A stretch of 64,000 nt of DNA from Octopus vulgaris (lineage: Eukaryota), in contig OX597818.1 in NCBI GenBank assembly GCA_951406725.2, positions 3,410,001 through 3,474,000 of the forward strand. Reading direction: 5' to 3'. Positions 1-12,196 of the stretch are shown piece by piece. The notes beneath the pieces are model-generated. The model ran no database searches and was not told the origin of the DNA. It was given only the letters and a program-made list of their open reading frames with translations. The position numbers and the translations under genes are program-made. The stretch's first letter is position 1, and every line of letters begins with the position of its first letter.

Positions 1-634
1 TCAGTGATTTTCATGTTTAAACAATTTGAAAGTTTTGTTCGTTTCATCACAATATTTCTGTCTCAAGAAATTATATTTTGTGAATCTTAGTCTTTCTCTC
101 TCGGTCAAATTTAATGGCTTAAAGGTCAGATGGTCGACTTATCATCACACTCGGTTTAACCCTTCAATGTCTTTAGTGTAATCCTCTGTATTGAAAATAT
201 TTCAGGTTAGGTCTGCCATTTAATCCTTATTCCTCCCACGAGTTATGGATAACCTACAAAGGGTAATGGGTACTTCCATTTCCCCATCTAATTGACCTAT
301 TAAAACATCCTAATTAATAATGCTAAAAGCTCTAATGTATGTACGTATATATCACTTCCTAAATACGCAAGACTACTTCACTTAGTCGTCGTTTGCCGCC
401 AAACTTCCCAATGTTATTCACTCTACGACCACTAAATTTCCGGAATGAAAAAGAAATATTGTTAGCTGGTTTCTTTTTTCTCTTTAATAATACATTTATG
501 TAACACAGGTCCTCTTGAAATTGTTATTCTTCAAAACTTTTTAGCAAGTGGCATGGAATCAAATTCTGAAAGATAAACAAATAAATATAAACATAATAAT
601 TTGCTGATTAAAAGTACACTATATTCACACACTA

Positions 635-1010
635 GGTACAGAAATAGTTGCATGGTTAAAAAGTTCACTTCGCAATCACATGGGTCCAGGTTCGATTCCA
701 TTGCGTAGTCTCTTGGACAAGTGCCTTATACTGTAGCTTCAGACTGACTAATACTTTGAAAGTGAGAGTTAGACTGGCTAATACTTTGAAAGTGAAAGTT
801 AGTAAACAGAAACTACACAGAAGCCTTCATAATATACATGTGTGCGCGCGTGTGTGAAGGTGTGTGTATGCATACGTATGTGTATGTGTGCATGTAACAT
901 CATTTTGACTAAAACACTAACCTAGCCATTCGATGAATAGAGATCACTAAAATATGTACGGAGGTCAATATGATCGACTAAAACCATTAAAGACGGAGCA
1001 AAAGTATAAA
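635..1010 (+). mobile_element. Decayed tRNA-derived SINE, same family as 56510-57120 and 39340-39420
   Basis: B-box GGTTCGATTCC at 689-699, followed by a body resembling the younger copy at 56750-56880 (-). Central (TG/TA)n tract. 30-bp internal tandem duplication at 741-800. Confidence 0.7.
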
Positions 1011-1419
1011 AGTAGTAAAAGTATAAAAGAATCGAAAGAATTTATTTACAACTTTGTTTGGTGGGCGGGGCAACTTTTGAGGCGTTGTTCATTCTAAACA
1101 TAGAAACATCAGTTTTTACCAAACACTTAAGTTCGGTTGCTAAACACTAAAGGCTTCAAAAGTGAACTTTTCCATTTTTGTAATTTAAGGAAAATTACCG
1201 ATTATAATAAATTTTTGATTCGTTTAAAATTAAAATAACATCTCCAAGACATTTTAATGATGACTGTCAGGATTATTTCCACACCTCAACCATCGAGTTA
1301 TTACAGTGAAAGAATCATTAGTACATTACTGAACTGTGGATTAAGAGGTTATCTACTCTTTACGTTTCAAAAGGTTAGGTTTTGAGGTTGATTTCGTTAC
1401 AGGACTTTAACAAAGCATC

Positions 1420-1650
1420 TTGAGAAGAAAATTGATGAAACTTATACAAGAATGTTTCGTGCTGCTCTGAACACAACACCCTACGAAAGGACTTCTATAT
1501 GGTATTTACCACCAATATTACGTGTCATCAAAGGAAGGTAAAGATTCGATGGACATTGCTGGGGAGCAAATGATGAGATCATCAGTGACTTTCTTCTCTG
1601 GAAACCGAAGCATGGGTATGCAAATGTTAGCAGACCACATAGAACCTGCA
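1420..1650 (+). pseudogene. C-terminal fragment of an RTE-like non-LTR retrotransposon ORF
   Basis: Manual translation across frameshifts gives KIDETYTRMFRAALN...LPPI...RFDGHCW...DEIISDFLLWKPKHG...RP, typical of the post-RT region of RTE-group LINEs. Confidence 0.55.
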
Positions 1651-1659
1651 ATAAAGCAA

Positions 1660-3137
1660 TGAAATAAATATGAAATTCAGCTTAGAAAAATGTGTCAAAG
1701 TAAACTTGTAAAGAGGAAAACTAATTAAGAGTAACAATACCACACTAGATAAAGAAAATGAAATAAGAGAATTAGATCAGACCCAGACATAAAAATACTT
1801 TAGGAATAAATGAACTAAATACGTTACAACACATATAAATGAAAAAGAAGATAAGGGGGGAATACTATAGAAGAGTTAGATTAATACTTAAAACAGCTCA
1901 ATGCGAAAATCAAGATAATAAGTATCAATACTCTAGCTGTCCCAGTTGCAGTTAGAATATTCTTAATTGGACACGAAATGAACTAACCAAATTAGACAGG
2001 TAAACAAGGTGATGGAATTTAGAATACACCACCCAAAATCCGACATTGAAATATTATATATACAATAAATTGAAGGTGGTAGAGAGGCCTTATACAACTG
2101 CAAAACTACTATAAAATAACCAATACAGGATTGTAGAAATATCTAACTCAGAACCAAGGAAAACTGGTACATATAGCCACAAAACATGAGCAAAGCAAAA
2201 AACTGCTTTGTGTCTTTAATGAGCTGAAAAAAAAAAGATGCGGGAGTGCCTAACGACAATGAAGAAAAAGAGAAAACAACAAAAGCGCTAAAGCAATTGA
2301 AACTGGAACAAATTACCGTAATAAAACGATGGCTAGAAAAGCCCTTACATGACAAATACTGGGATAAGCTAATCAGAAAAGAAATAAACGAAGTAAAATC
2401 CCAGCAATGGTTGAGAAGCTCAGGACTCGAAGCAGAGAGTGAAACATTTTTAATTGCGGTACAAGATCAAAGCCAGAAATACATAAAGAAGAAAAATACA
2501 ATAAGTAATTGCAGAATATGTTGTGATAGGGAAGAAACAATATATTTTCTCTTGCTGTCCAGTCCTGGCTAAGAAGGTATACATATACACTGGAAGCTAT
2601 GCCAGCACTATGGAATGACAACAGAAAAAAGATGGTATAAGCATATCCCAGAAAAAGTCTCAGAAAATGACAAAGCAAGCATATTCTGGGATATGCCCAA
2701 TACACACAGATAGAGATCAAGGCTAATAGACTAGATACAGTTGTCAGAGGTCACCAAGAAAAAGTGCCTGCTAATCGATGTATCAATCCTAACAAATGAC
2801 AATGTACCTTTAAAAGAAACAGAGGAACTTAAAATACAAAGTACTGGAAATAGAGATAACTCAAATGCAAAGCCTAAAAACAGAAACAATCCCTATAATA
2901 AGTGCATTAGGTATGATTTTAAAATATTCAGACAAATACATAATCAAAACAATAGGACTTACGAATATATATAACATACAGAAAATAGCACTTCTAGGCA
3001 CCGCACACATAAAACACTTTCAATACAGTGAAAATAACAACAGAAACAAACCACAGCACGTACCCAAGGCATACGGAATGTGCTCGGTAGTGTAGTGAAA
3101 GCACATGATAAAAATAAGACTACTGAATAATAATAAT
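1660..3137 (+). mobile_element. 5'-truncated R4/Dong-like LINE (RT C-terminus, CCHC finger, restriction-like endonuclease), decayed
   Basis: ORFs 2246-2572, 2741-2974 and 2865-3095 give KPLH..., QWL...ETFLIAVQDQ, CRIC...ETI, (R)LD...CLLIDVSI...K and QKIALLGTAHI. (TAA)n tail at ~3127-3137. Confidence 0.85.
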
Positions 3138-3139
3138 GG

Positions 3140-6100
3140 TTTATTTTATTTACTACCAGGGTGAAGGATGCGGGGGAAATTACAAAGACAGACATAAAGT
3201 GTGAGGATTTACATATAATGAAATAGTTTAGAAAGAAGAAAAGGAAGAAAGAAAATTATATACAGTATACAATAAAACTAAAAAGAGTAAGTATACATAG
3301 TATACAACAGTAAAAGAAAAGAAGGAGTAAAGGATGATAGTGATGTGATCCGCCTGAGGATCTCTAGGGATAATCGAGGAACCCCACAGTCCAAGATCTT
3401 CCCGAACACCAAAGACAAGTGCCCTCTCCAATTCCTTTTCTCCAATTCACAGGTCTACACTTACAGCGGTACCATCCACTTTTGCCATTTTCGCAACTGT
3501 CAACCACCTTTCAATAAAATCACTCGAGTACAACACCTTCCTCTCTATCCTCACTTTCCTTTTCAAGTGAAACTTGAAAAAGCCGAAGACAGTTCTACCA
3601 AAGAAGAATGTCTCTGTTCTCATATCTTTCAACCTCGTCCACCAGCCACAAGGCAAAGGAAAACTACCTTACCTGCCCAATTAAAGAAAGGCGGCGGGGC
3701 AATCAACATAATGGACTCCACCGGCAAACGGATCTATCCCACAGCTGTTCGACATAACTCTACAAGTAATGCCCAGACACTGAACGAGTGCATGCAAGAA
3801 CGGTTTCGTTGCTCTGAGCGCACCTCGAACTCACCATGATAGCATTGCCAGGCCAAGGACACCAGGAAATTATTCATAGTAGTCCCTGACCGGAAAGACC
3901 TTCGGAACAGCTTAGCCAATTCGTTTTCATCGACGCTCAGGATCTCCCTAAGGACTTCGTCACACTTCCCCGTCATTAATCCAGTATATATCGTTAAAGT
4001 GGAACATCCACCGATCCTATTGCCTGACGACATTCTAGGTGCGAGGCACTTAGTTTCGGTCTATTCTTCACCCAAGACTACAGCTCCACCAAAGAGATGA
4101 TCTGCAGAAAGACGTGCCTCACGAACGGAACCCACACATGTCCACCGTCCAGTAATCATTGTAGGTGGCACAACCTGAGTGCGTGTCTACGCATCAGAAA
4201 CCACGGAATGCCTAAGTCACAGAGAGTGCTGGCAGCAGACTGACCACCTAACCATTGGAATGCATCCCTTCCACAAGAAAATAAACAAGCGATTCTCCAA
4301 CTGGTCAAATAGGGACTATGGCAAGGCACGACAGACAGGCAATAAATGATAACGGAGGCGATGTAGGCATTCGTCGCCTCTACCTGACCTTTCAAGGACA
4401 GTTTCTTCAGCCCATTTCTGGGTCACTCTATTCGTCACCTCGTTCCAGTTCTTATCCACCTGGAAGTCGGGAGCAAACCAGGCTCCGAGCAGCTTAACTG
4501 GTGCATCATTCCAGCGTCCGACGATGTCTGACGGCATCGACCTACCTCTCCATGTGCCACGTTGCAAGCCCACCGACTTGTCAGTGTTGATTTTGTCGCT
4601 GCAACTGACTCATATTCCTTTAGAATGGAGCCACCCGTCTTCACTTCGGAGGCTACCGACACCATCACCATGGCGTCGTCCGTGTACACCGACACTGCCC
4701 TCCTGTGTCCCACTTTTCACTAACACCTTGGCTAAATCTTTGGCCACAACCTTTTCGCTATCACCTTGGCCAAAATCTTAAAATCTGTGTTTAGCAGAAT
4801 TATGGGCCAAAAACTCCCCAGCATGCTCCGATTGTTGGCGTCCTTCATCAACCGCGTTACCACACTCCGGCTAACAACACTAGTAATTCTCCCGTTCTGC
4901 TGCTAATTATTGTAGACGTTGTAGAACGTTGTTGAACTTGCTGTTAACCATGGTGAAGTATTCACAAACAGCGTGAAATTAAACCAAAGCGAATGGTGCT
5001 GTGTGCGTAGAGATGTTGTTGGCGTCGATAAGATTAAGGCGACGTTAAAATGAAGGCGACGTTGAGATGAAGGTGACGAAGGTGGAGGTCCTGAAATACT
5101 GCTGGTGTTGGTATTGTCTGTCACTGGGTGCTCTGTGGTCAGTGGTGAGGACCAAAGATGCTCGATTCGATGAATCGCTGTGTTTTATAGCAAACTAGGC
5201 GACTCCAGAAGAGAATTTAGAAGACTATCACGGGACCTTATCAGAAGGTTGCGATTGGTTGGCGCGTAATACAGCAAGAAACAAATCACGCCAATACCAA
5301 TCAATCAGAGTAGTGGACACAACAGGGCCCAAGCGGCCGAAGGTTAGCTGTTATCTGCTACGTCGTATTTATGTTATATATGTCAGAGAGAGAGAGAGAG
5401 AGGATGAATTTCACTAAGAGTATGCTACAGCGTCTACCAAGAAGCCGTCAAACCAATCTGGTATGAACACAGGATTCATAGGGCAGACTACCAAAACCGA
5501 GCGATTTGCTTCTTCCCACCTTATTTCAATGGTCTGTTTCGGCTTTTTGCGGAACCTCTCGTCGGTTGCTGAAAGCTGCGGTAGGTCGGTCAGGCACGAA
5601 CTATAGTCCACTACCGTTGCCGAACAGCCGCCGAAGACCCGATTGTCGGTCGCGATGCCTTTACTAATCGCCTCTTTTAGATTACTAACTAGTTCTCCCC
5701 CCTAATCTCTTTCTTTCTATTGCTAAATCTTTGCTAAACGCTGAGGCACATGACATCTGGTTTCACAATATCCTTTTTCTACTGGAGGGTTTTTTTTTTC
5801 AATTCTTGCACTGAATACACGGTTCACTGAACTTATCTCAAAAAAGATAGAGTTGTCGTGATTATGTTATTGTTGCTGTTGTTTTCCACATAGATTTTGT
5901 TTTTATTACAACAGTTACCACTGTTAACAGCATTCTCATTTTAGCTATTGTTGTTGTTCACATTCTTGTTGATGCTGTTACTGTTATTATTTCTTCTGCC
6001 GTATCTGTTGTTACTGTGGCTGTTGTCATTTTCATCGTCGTCGTTGTCACTATCGTTGCTGCTACTTGTATCTTTGCCGCAGCGTCGTGGTCCATTGTTG

Positions 6101-6260
6101 TCTGTGCCGCTGTTGTCTATGTTGATTTTTCACATTTAATTCTGCACACTACGAGATTCTTTTCACCCACGTGTTTCGTTTTAATTTTTCTGTGTGTTAG
6201 TGTATTACATATTTTTCTGTGCTTCTGTGTGCTAGCATTTTTCTGTCCGTTGGTATTTTA
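3140..6260 (-). mobile_element. Internally deleted L1/Tx1-like LINE (Thr-rich ORF1 start, ORF2 linker, RT, C-terminus), interrupted by a solo LTR
   Basis: SVYTDD (YADD) in 4435-4713; ILLNTDFKILAKVIAKRL at ~4760-4810; FFKFHLKRKVRIER C-terminus at 3447-3656; linker RFSKDLAIERKR at ~5700-5745. Homologous to the copies at 15268-18040 and 41915-45120. Confidence 0.85.
4920..5429 (-). mobile_element. Solo LTR (TGTAG...CTACA family, internally deleted) inserted into the LINE RT
   Basis: TGTAG/CTACA termini; TSD ACGT (4916-4919) / GCGT (5430-5433). Removing it restores the LINE frame FLVD|VYNN. TATAAAA on - at ~5183-5189 with CCAAT boxes upstream. Homologous to 29983-31107 and 49217-50185. Confidence 0.85.
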
Positions 6261-6664
6261 AATACTAAGTTGGCCCCCGAATTGGTTGGCTATCTACGTC
6301 TCTTTATATCGAGCACAAACGTCTGCGTGTTGTTTAATATACATCTCAGGAAAAGCAGCCTTCTTATATTGAATAAGCTTGGTGGCAGCCTGGTGGTACA
6401 TATCATTGTGACAAATGTAAAACCGCCTATAATTGTATTGTTATATATTTTAATTACCAAGGTGACCCACGACTTGACTGGATATCCACGCCGGTTATAT
6501 CGAGCATAAACTTACACGAAGAATAGGCAGGTGTGTGCATGTGTGTTGTTTTATATAATTTTGGGGTACATTAATATATTTCTACATTTGGTAAGTTTTG
6601 GTAGCACTTATAACTGTATTGTTACATATGTAGCGGGTATGATTCTTGGCCACTACTTCTGGTC

Positions 6665-6835
6665 TGATCTGAGGGTAGCCCTTAAAAGGACGGTTAACGC
6701 AATTAGATCCGATCCAAGAATAGTCCTAAAAAGGACTGTTATCGCAATTAGATCGGATCTGAGAGTAGTCCTAAAAAGGACTGTTATCGCATTCAGATCA
6801 GACTTGAATTAGCCCTGAAAAGGGCTGTGGTCGTA
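6665..6835 (-). repeat. Four ~45-bp tandem units in the 3' LTR, each with a 16-nt histone-type stem-loop (three units in the 5' LTR, ~11695-11840)
   Basis: On -: AGCCCT-TTTC-AGGGCT (6811-6826), AGTCCT-TTTT-AGGACT (6767-6782 and 6722-6737), CGTCCT-TTTA-AGGGCT (6677-6692). Spacing 44-45 bp. Confidence 0.85.
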
Positions 6836-7559
6836 ATCAGCAAAACTGGACAGACGAAAGCAGTAGCTGAAGTGACGAGCAGACAAGAGGTGCAAGTTTA
6901 TACAGCGATTTTTTTCAGGCGTGAAATAGCAGTACAAAGGTTCGAGGCGGCGTGAGTGGCGAGCGTGGCAGGCGAGAGGGACACGATTTACATCAGTCGA
7001 GTGCCAAAAAGCCAACTGCCTTTACAGCGATTTATGATGTCTATTTATACAAAAATATCAGCAGTGATGTTCAGCCAGTGTCCAATAGAATGGCAGGTAG
7101 GTAGCTTTTGTCCAATGAAAGGTCAGGCAAGTCGCTAGGGGTAGTTGCTTTGTTTTCTCTAGTGATGACAGATGTATTTCCGGTGTCCGTGCAAGTTACT
7201 TCCGGTGACTGTACATAGCCCTCTGCCAGATCTTTTGTACAACAAAAGAGCGACAAATCGTACAGTGATAAGTCAGAGAAAAGAATATATATATATATAT
7301 AAACAGATAAAAATGAACTACAAAATGATGAATGAGCCTGTTGGATTTGGGTTGATCTGCCTGTGGATTGCGTGACAAAAAGTCCCACGGGCAGAGAAAC
7401 TACCGGTAATAAATAATGTTTTTCGTGACAATGAGAGCATGAGCACATGGTCACTAAATGGTGCAGGAAAAATTAGAAACAAGCAATATAGGAATGTTTC
7501 GCAAGAAGCATGCTTGTGAAACTCGGTTTTAACGATATTTCACGTATTGTGCCAACTTG

Positions 7560-10500
7560 GCGGGCCAATGGACACGTCGTCCACTTCTTGTGACTGGAAA
7601 TGAAACAGGTGGTTTGCTGGGAATGCAAGCTGCTGGAGTTTCTGGCGTAGAAACCGTAATCGTGTCCATGAAGGCTTTTTTTAATCTGTCCACACTGACA
7701 GAATTCTGTTTACCATTTTGATCGATGACAAAATATTTTGGGTGTTTCTAGGACACGGTAAGGGCCAGAATATTGAGGTTGAAGATTAGTGGAGATGGTG
7801 TCATTTCTAACAAAAACGTGCGTCCAATCGCTAATGTCTACAGGTACATGTGTGTTCGTGTTCTGTTGACGGGTGCTCGCAGGGGCAAGGTGAGACATGT
7901 ATTGACGAAGTCGGTGTACGTATGATCCTGGGTCTGGAACGTCCTGAGGAGAGATGGGAGCAACCATCTGACCAGGTAGAACCAGGGTGGTGCCGTACAT
8001 TAATTCTGCAGGTGTGTGTCCGAATTGTTCCTTAACGGTGGAACGGATGCCAAGAAGGATGAGTGGCAGGTATTCAAATCAGTGGGTCTTGTCTGGGTAC
8101 GCCTTTATTGCAGCTTTCAATTGACGATGTGTTGATAAGCTGTTGTGCGGATGTGTTTACATCCTAACAGACGAGTCAGTTCCCTGAAGAGATGGGAATC
8201 AAATTGGCGTCCTCTGTCGCTGGGGCGCTATAACGTGATACCCAGTGTAAAACCAAAGTTTTAGCCACTGTTTCCGCTGAGGTATCACTTATAGGAAAAG
8301 CCTCAGGCCAACGGGAAAAACGATCAATGCAGGTGAGCAAGTGAGTGCAGTTCTGTGATAATGGTAAAGGTCCGACGATGTCGATATGCACATGCTGAAA
8401 ACGTGCATCAGGTTGCGCGAATGTGCCGAGTGGCGTTTTGATGTGTCTGTGGACTTTGGCCTTCTGGCAGGCAATGCAGTCGCGCACGTCCTTGTTAATG
8501 TTGGCCCACACAAAACGAGCAGAAATGAGTTTCTGTGTAGCCCGGTCGTTCATGACCAGTAGAAATGTCGCACCAAATTTGTCCCGGAGAAGAAGGAATG
8601 GAAACTTGCTGAAACTTGAGGGATGGCGAATCTCGGAGTTTGATAAACTCTTGGTCAGTCTCTTGGTCAGCTGCAATTTGATGAAGGTCGATGCCTGAAT
8701 CCACATGTATTGAGTTCAGCTGGATTCGGGACAGAGCGTCAACTGCTACGTTGTCTGATCCCTTGATATACCGAATATCGGTTGAATATTGGGAGACAAA
8801 GTCCAAGTGGCGAAGTTCTCTCGGTGAATGTCGATCCGGTTTGGTACGGAACGCATAAACTAGTGGTTTATGGTCCGTGTAGATTACGAAATCCGATTCT
8901 TCGAGCATGTGGCGAAAATGCTTCACTGAAAGGTAGGTTGCCAAGAGTTCACGGCCGAATGTACTGTATTTGGTTTCAGTGGGTTGCAACCGCTTAGAAA
9001 AGAAGGATAAGGGTTGCCAAACGCCGTCGACATATTGTTGCAAAACGCCTCCAACCCCCATGTCTGATGCGTCTACTAGCAGCGAAAGAGGAGCGCCAGA
9101 CCTGGGGAAAACGAGCATGGAAGCGTTTTCCAGCATTTCTTTGAGACCGTTGAAAGGTGTTAATTCTTCCTCGTTCAACGTTATGTCTTCATTTTTCCGA
9201 ATCCGGTTGCGAAGAAGGTCCGTGAGGAGTCTGGCTGCGTCAGCACAATGAGGGATGAAACGCCTATAAAAATTAACCAAACCGAGGAATTCACGTAGTT
9301 TCCGAAGTGATGTAGGTGCTGGAAAATTGCGGATAGCGTCTACTTTCTCAGGAAGTGGACGAATGCCGTCTTTATCAATCATGTGCCTGAGAAAAGACAG
9401 TGAAGGAACGCCGAGAACGCACTTGCTTGGGTTGATGATGATGCCGTACTCGGCCAAACGTTGGAACAGAAGATCCAAGTGCTTCTCGTGTTCTTGCTCA
9501 GAAGTACTTGCTACTAGTACATCGTCGATATACGCGTACACAAAAGGTAGGTCACGTAATACGGTGTCAATGAACCGTTGAAAAGTTTGTGCAGCGTTGC
9601 GCAGACCGAACGGCATTCGCAGGAATTCGAATAAACCGAACGGTGTTGTGATTGCCGTCTTTGGAATATCAGCAGGCTCCACAGGTATCTGGTTATATGC
9701 TCGCACCAAATCTATCTTAGAAAAGATGCGTGCGCCTTGCAGAGAGGCAGAAAAATCGTGCAAGTGAGGTACAGGGTAATTATCGGGCACTGTGGTATTG
9801 TTGAGTGCACGATAATCCCCACATGGTCGCCAGTCGTTCTCTGTTTTTTTGGGGAACAAGGTGTAGAGGTGCAGACCAGTTGCTGGAGGAAGGGCGAATG
9901 ATTCCAAGGTCCAGCATGTGCTGAAATTCCTGTTTGGCGATTCGCAATCGGTCTGGAGACAGTCTCCTTGGTCGGGCAGCTGTGGGTGGTCCTCGTGTCT
10001 CGATGTGATGTGTGACACGATGTTTAATGGGTCCATCTTTACATACCGGGCGAGTGATGTCTGGATATTTCTGGAGAATGCTGTTGTAACGCGAAGGCTC
10101 TGACTGACAGATTACAGGGCTCACTGTCGGTTGCGTGGTAAATATACCTCTCACAGTGAGGTTTGTGGTGGTGTCAATAAGCCTCCGGTTCTTCATGTCC
10201 ACCAGAAGGTTGAAGTGGTGGAGAAAATCGGCTCCTAAGATAGGGGTCGGTAGGTCTGCCACGACGAAAATGAACTGGAAACTACGCCTCAGGCCTAGAT
10301 TCAGGGTCAGTGATTTCTCACCGAAAGTCGGAATTGACGATCGGTTCACTGCCTGCAGAAAGGACGGTGCTGAATGTCGTTTGCCCGAGACTAGTGAAAC
10401 AGGAATAACACTAACCTGGGCTCCTGTATCTACGAGATAGCGGATACCCGTCGCTTGGTCGTTAATAAAAAACAGACGATTTTTTTTTCTCAGTGCCAGG
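7560..10500 (-). pseudogene. pol: Gypsy-1 pol (protease, RT, RNase H, integrase), frameshifted
   Basis: ORFs 9780-10349, 8495-10036, 8176-8706 and 7710-8000 carry the canonical motifs in PR-RT-RH-IN order. Confidence 0.95.
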
Positions 10501-11115
10501 GATGAAAGTCGTCACTAGCCTGGTCTACCCGTTTCCCTGGGTGGTATTCAGGAAAGAGCACGGGGCCTTGCACTTAGATGCCCGTGCGCCGAATTCTGCG
10601 TGATACCAGCAGATGTTGCCAGACACACGAGTTTGACTGGGACTTCTGGATCTTCGACGGTGAGTGGACCTTGATGAACTGTTGCTGCGCCGCCGGTGTG
10701 TTTCCAAGGTCCAGTTTTCTAGCTTGTTTGTGAGGGCTTTAATTTGACCAGCCTGCTCTCTGATCATAGCTCGCAGCTCTGCAATCTCGGAGGTAGAGTC
10801 TGAGGACGCTTCGAATGGGTTCGTCCGATGGTTGATTTGTACCACAGAAGAAAAGGGGTTTGACACCTCAGCGATTCTATCTGCGACACGCGCAAGTTCC
10901 TCCGGGGTTGCTGTGTCGTTGGTCGACGCCAGATTGCCCTGCATTGGTAAGGGCAGGCGCTGTAGAAAAAGCCGTTTCAGGACCTCTTCTGACAGCGGTT
11001 GGTCATCAGCTGTCTCATTTTACGCAGCAGTTGGGACGGTTTTCTGTCCCCCAACTCTTCTGCAGACACGAGTTGGTTGAGTCGTCTCTGCTGTGATGCG
11101 GTAGTTCGCATTATT

Positions 11116-11500
11116 GGAAGCACTCCGTCGGTTACGACGATGAGGGTTCCGGTTGATCCGAATCAACGGAACAGCCTGCTCGTGAAATTAACGTGTAAGT
11201 GACTGAGCACTCCACAGACACGTGCACCCTTAACGTAGTTCTCGGGGATATTCAGCGTGACACAGAGAGTGACAAGGCCGGCCCCTTGAAATACAGGTAC
11301 AACAGAAACAGGAAGTAAGAGTGAGAGAAAGTTGTGGTGAAAGAGTACAGCAGGGATCACCACCATCCCCTGCCGGAGCCTCGTGGAGCTTTAGGTGTTT
11401 TCGCTCAATAAACACTCACAACGCCCGGTCTGGGAATCGAAACCGCGATCCTATGACCGCGAGTCCGCTGCCCTAACCACTGGGCCATTGCGCCTCCACT
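11116..11500 (-). mobile_element. Full-length young tRNA-derived SINE inserted in gag
   Basis: tRNA-like head TGGCCCAGTGG (A box) ... GTTTCGATTCC (B box). Exact 12-bp TSD GTTCGCATTATT at 11104-11115 and 11501-11512. Confidence 0.92.
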
Positions 11501-11641
11501 GTTCGCATTATTAATTCCTTGCGGAAAGCTTCGTACGACACCGTGCCTGGCGGTGCCATGACTAGGTCTCTCACCTCAGCCAATACTTCTGGTGGGACTG
11601 ACCCAATGCTGATTCTTGATATGCTGTTCGCTTGATTCGTT

Positions 11642-11654
11642 GTCGGGGTCACCA
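11642..11654 (-). promoter_or_regulatory. Primer-binding site, tRNA-Trp type
   Basis: TGGTGACCCCGAC 2 nt downstream of the 5' LTR, complementary to the 3' end of eukaryotic tRNA-Trp. Confidence 0.8.
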
Positions 11655-12196
11655 ATTGTAGCGGGTATGATTCTTGGCCACTACTTCTGGTCTGATCTGA
11701 GGGTAGCCCTTAAAAGGACGGTTATCGCAATTAGATCCGATTCAAGAATAGTCCTAAAAAGGGACTGTTATCGCAATTAGATCGGATCTGAGAGTAGTCC
11801 TAAAAAGGACTGTTATCGCATTCAGATCAGACTTGAATTAGCTGGACAGACGAAAGCAGTAGTTGAAAGGACGAGCAGACAAGAGGTGTAAGTTTATACA
11901 GCGATTTATTTCAGGCGTGAAATAGCAGTACAAAGGTTCGAGGCGTCCGGTGTCCGTGCAAGTTACTTCCGGTGACTGTACACATATATTAAATACCAAG
12001 GTTGCTCTCGATTTGGCTGGTTATTCACGCCGGATATATCGAACACAGACTTACATAAAATACAGTTGTGTGTTTGTGTGTGTGTGTGTGACGACATGGC
12101 TGAGATGGAATTGTGTGACAATCATGCATTTCTTATATGAGGAAGAACCCTCTATTGCAATTCTTCCACGTTTTAAAAAAATTCTTTAACTTTAAC

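Larger units (their letters stand above)
10525..11655 (-). pseudogene. gag: Gypsy-1 gag, interrupted by a SINE; ends at a GGGAAAC slippery site
   Basis: [13 protein letters not shown] and CWYHAEFGARASKCKAPC finger; GGGAAAC on - at 10531-10537 just before the stop. Confidence 0.9.
6629..11982 (-). mobile_element. Ty3/Gypsy provirus 1 (gag-PR-RT-RH-IN, decayed)
   Basis: LTRs 6629-7215 and 11657-11982 (TGTA...TACA); TSD CATA (6625-6628 / 11983-11986). PR LVDTGAQVS; [19 protein letters not shown]; RH VDASD...[10 protein letters not shown]; [11 protein letters not shown] (8176-8706); GPY in 7710-8000. Confidence 0.97.
6261..12075. repeat. Three diverged ~180-190-bp tandem monomers (starting ~6261, ~6452, ~11991) split by the Gypsy insertion
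   Basis: Shared block AATACYAAG...GA.TTG..TGG.TAT..ACG.C...TATATCGA.CA.A.AC. The unit end TATAAYTGTATTGTTAYATA continues across the Gypsy TSD. Confidence 0.7.

Noticed and set aside
6665-6835. CRISPR-like array of palindromic repeats
   Set aside because: Whole 45-bp units repeat with no unique spacers; it lies inside an LTR in eukaryotic DNA; no cas genes.
11420-11500. tRNA gene (also 635-710, 21940-22030, 39340-39400)
   Set aside because: A/B boxes continue into SINE bodies, one with an exact TSD; no complete cloverleaf.
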